Shown: one piece after another, positions 63,141 through 64,000 of the stretch
Layout: the number at the start of each line of letters is the position of its first letter
Numbering within the stretch: position 1 is the stretch's first letter
Source of the DNA: Vulcanimicrobiota bacterium
GTDB lineage: Bacteria > Vulcanimicrobiota > Vulcanimicrobiia > Vulcanimicrobiales > Vulcanimicrobiaceae
Length of the DNA stretch: 64,000 nt
Assembly (NCBI GenBank): GCA_963795855.1
Contig: CAWCIZ010000005.1
Coordinates: 1 to 64,000 of the forward strand
Reading direction: 5' to 3'
Notes under the pieces: model-generated
Told to the model about the DNA's origin: nothing
The model's database searches: none
The model's input: the letters and a program-made list of their open reading frames with translations, nothing else
Translations under genes and position numbers: made by a program

Positions 63141-63598
63141 AACTCCTCATACGCGAAGGCCGCGCGGACGACCGGCCTTTCGTGACCGAGCTCGGCAAGA
63201 GTACGATGACCGATTCGGTCGCGCCGTTCCGTCACGTCAATCACTCCTTGCTAGAAGCGAGCTACGAGGGCTTGCTGGACTTCGTGTTCGGGCAATCGCA
63301 CGTGCTCATTCTCGCGGAAAGCGGTGGCCGGCGCGCGGGTTTCGTCCTCATGCTGGATGCGATGCCCGATGAAGTGACGCGGATGCCGCAGGGCTTCGTG
63401 GCGTACATGGCCGTGGAACCTTCGATGCGCGGACGAGGTATAGGGAGTCGATTGCTGGCTGCCGCCGAAGAAGAATCTCGCCGGCGAGGATTGCCGTATA
63501 TGGGATTGATGGTCACCGAGCACAACGCCGCCGCCCGGGCGCTCTACGAACGCGCCGGGTATCTCACGGAGCGGCGCCTGCTATGCAAACCGCTTTAG
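63122..63598 (+). CDS. GNAT acetyltransferase
   Basis: VEPSMRGRGIGSRLL, NAAARALYERAGY. Confidence 0.9.
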   Translation: MASGGIELLIREGRADDRPFVTELGKSTMTDSVAPFRHVNHSLLEASYEGLLDFVFGQSHVLILAESGGRRAGFVLMLDAMPDEVTRMPQGFVAYMAVEPSMRGRGIGSRLLAAAEEESRRRGLPYMGLMVTEHNAAARALYERAGYLTERRLLCKPL

Positions 63599-64000
63599 AT
63601 TTCGGCAGCCGCCGCCGCGTCTGGATGACGGTCGCGGTGGTCGTCCTCGCGCTGCTCGCCTTGTGGTTCGCAACGCGCATCCCAAAGACGATGGCCGTCT
63701 TCGTCATCGCGGCGTTCATCGCGTCCGCGGTTCATCCGATCGTGGACTGGTTCGAAAGACGGCGCGTGCCGCGCATCTGGTCCATCGCGATCGTCTATAC
63801 CGTCTTGATCGTCCTGACGATCGTGCTGCTGGTGATCATCGTTCCGATGACGATCGACCAGGTGCAAATCTTGGTGCAGAACGCCCCGGGATATCTCAAC
63901 ACGGCGCAAACCTCGCTGCAAGGCATGCAGTCCGCGCTGCGCTCGCATTTCCCTGCAGCGAACATTCCGCCGAAACTGCTCAACGTGCAGCAACTCGGCG
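63583..64000 (+). CDS. AI-2E family transporter (partial, runs off window)
   Basis: IAAFIASAVHPIVDWFERRRVPRIWSIAIVY. Confidence 0.8.
   Translation, partial: MQTALDFGSRRRVWMTVAVVVLALLALWFATRIPKTMAVFVIAAFIASAVHPIVDWFERRRVPRIWSIAIVYTVLIVLTIVLLVIIVPMTIDQVQILVQNAPGYLNTAQTSLQGMQSALRSHFPAANIPPKLLNVQQLG

Noticed and set aside
61196..63598. 800-aa PyrE-HisC-GNAT fusion
   Set aside because: A TGATG overlap at 62046-62050 marks the normal pyrE/hisC junction, and the HisC C-terminal half is in another frame; indel artefact.
1..64000. CRISPR array, cas genes, rRNA, reverse transcriptase or IS transposase
   Set aside because: No regularly spaced repeats or diagnostic motifs were seen on reading either strand.

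Overview
High-GC bacterial chromosome segment. An outer-membrane TonB receptor and TolC indicate a diderm; gene style suggests Candidatus Eremiobacterota/WPS-2, which is inference only. Positions 1-14.3 kb are the tRNA-proximal part of an integrative, probably mobilizable island inserted at tRNA-Ala(CGC). It carries a heavily frameshifted formate dehydrogenase/oxalate-formate antiporter cassette, ssb, an HExxH peptidase, an RP4-type oriT, an RHH protein, a MOBP relaxase apparently fused to a TraA/RecD-like helicase, an excisionase, a tyrosine integrase with an inserted zinc ribbon, and two intact small cargo genes. Positions 14.4-64 kb are mostly core genes: zur-znuACB, SDR, GH5-like hydrolase, purEK, two-component system + PepSY + RND efflux + phosphoesterase, TonB receptor, YncE, GT4, WYL/VOC pair, leucine (methylcrotonyl-CoA) catabolism, molybdo-oxidoreductase/cytochrome b, DUF1800/DUF1501, SigW-like ECF locus, pyrK-D-F-E and hisC. 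Frameshifts in housekeeping genes (purE, hisC, pyrE) indicate indel errors in the assembly. The most novel observation is a structured ~95-122 bp repeat, present twice, that sits exactly at start codons. It duplicates the ATG and reads as a short uORF ending in an ATGA overlap with the downstream gene, so translational coupling is preserved.
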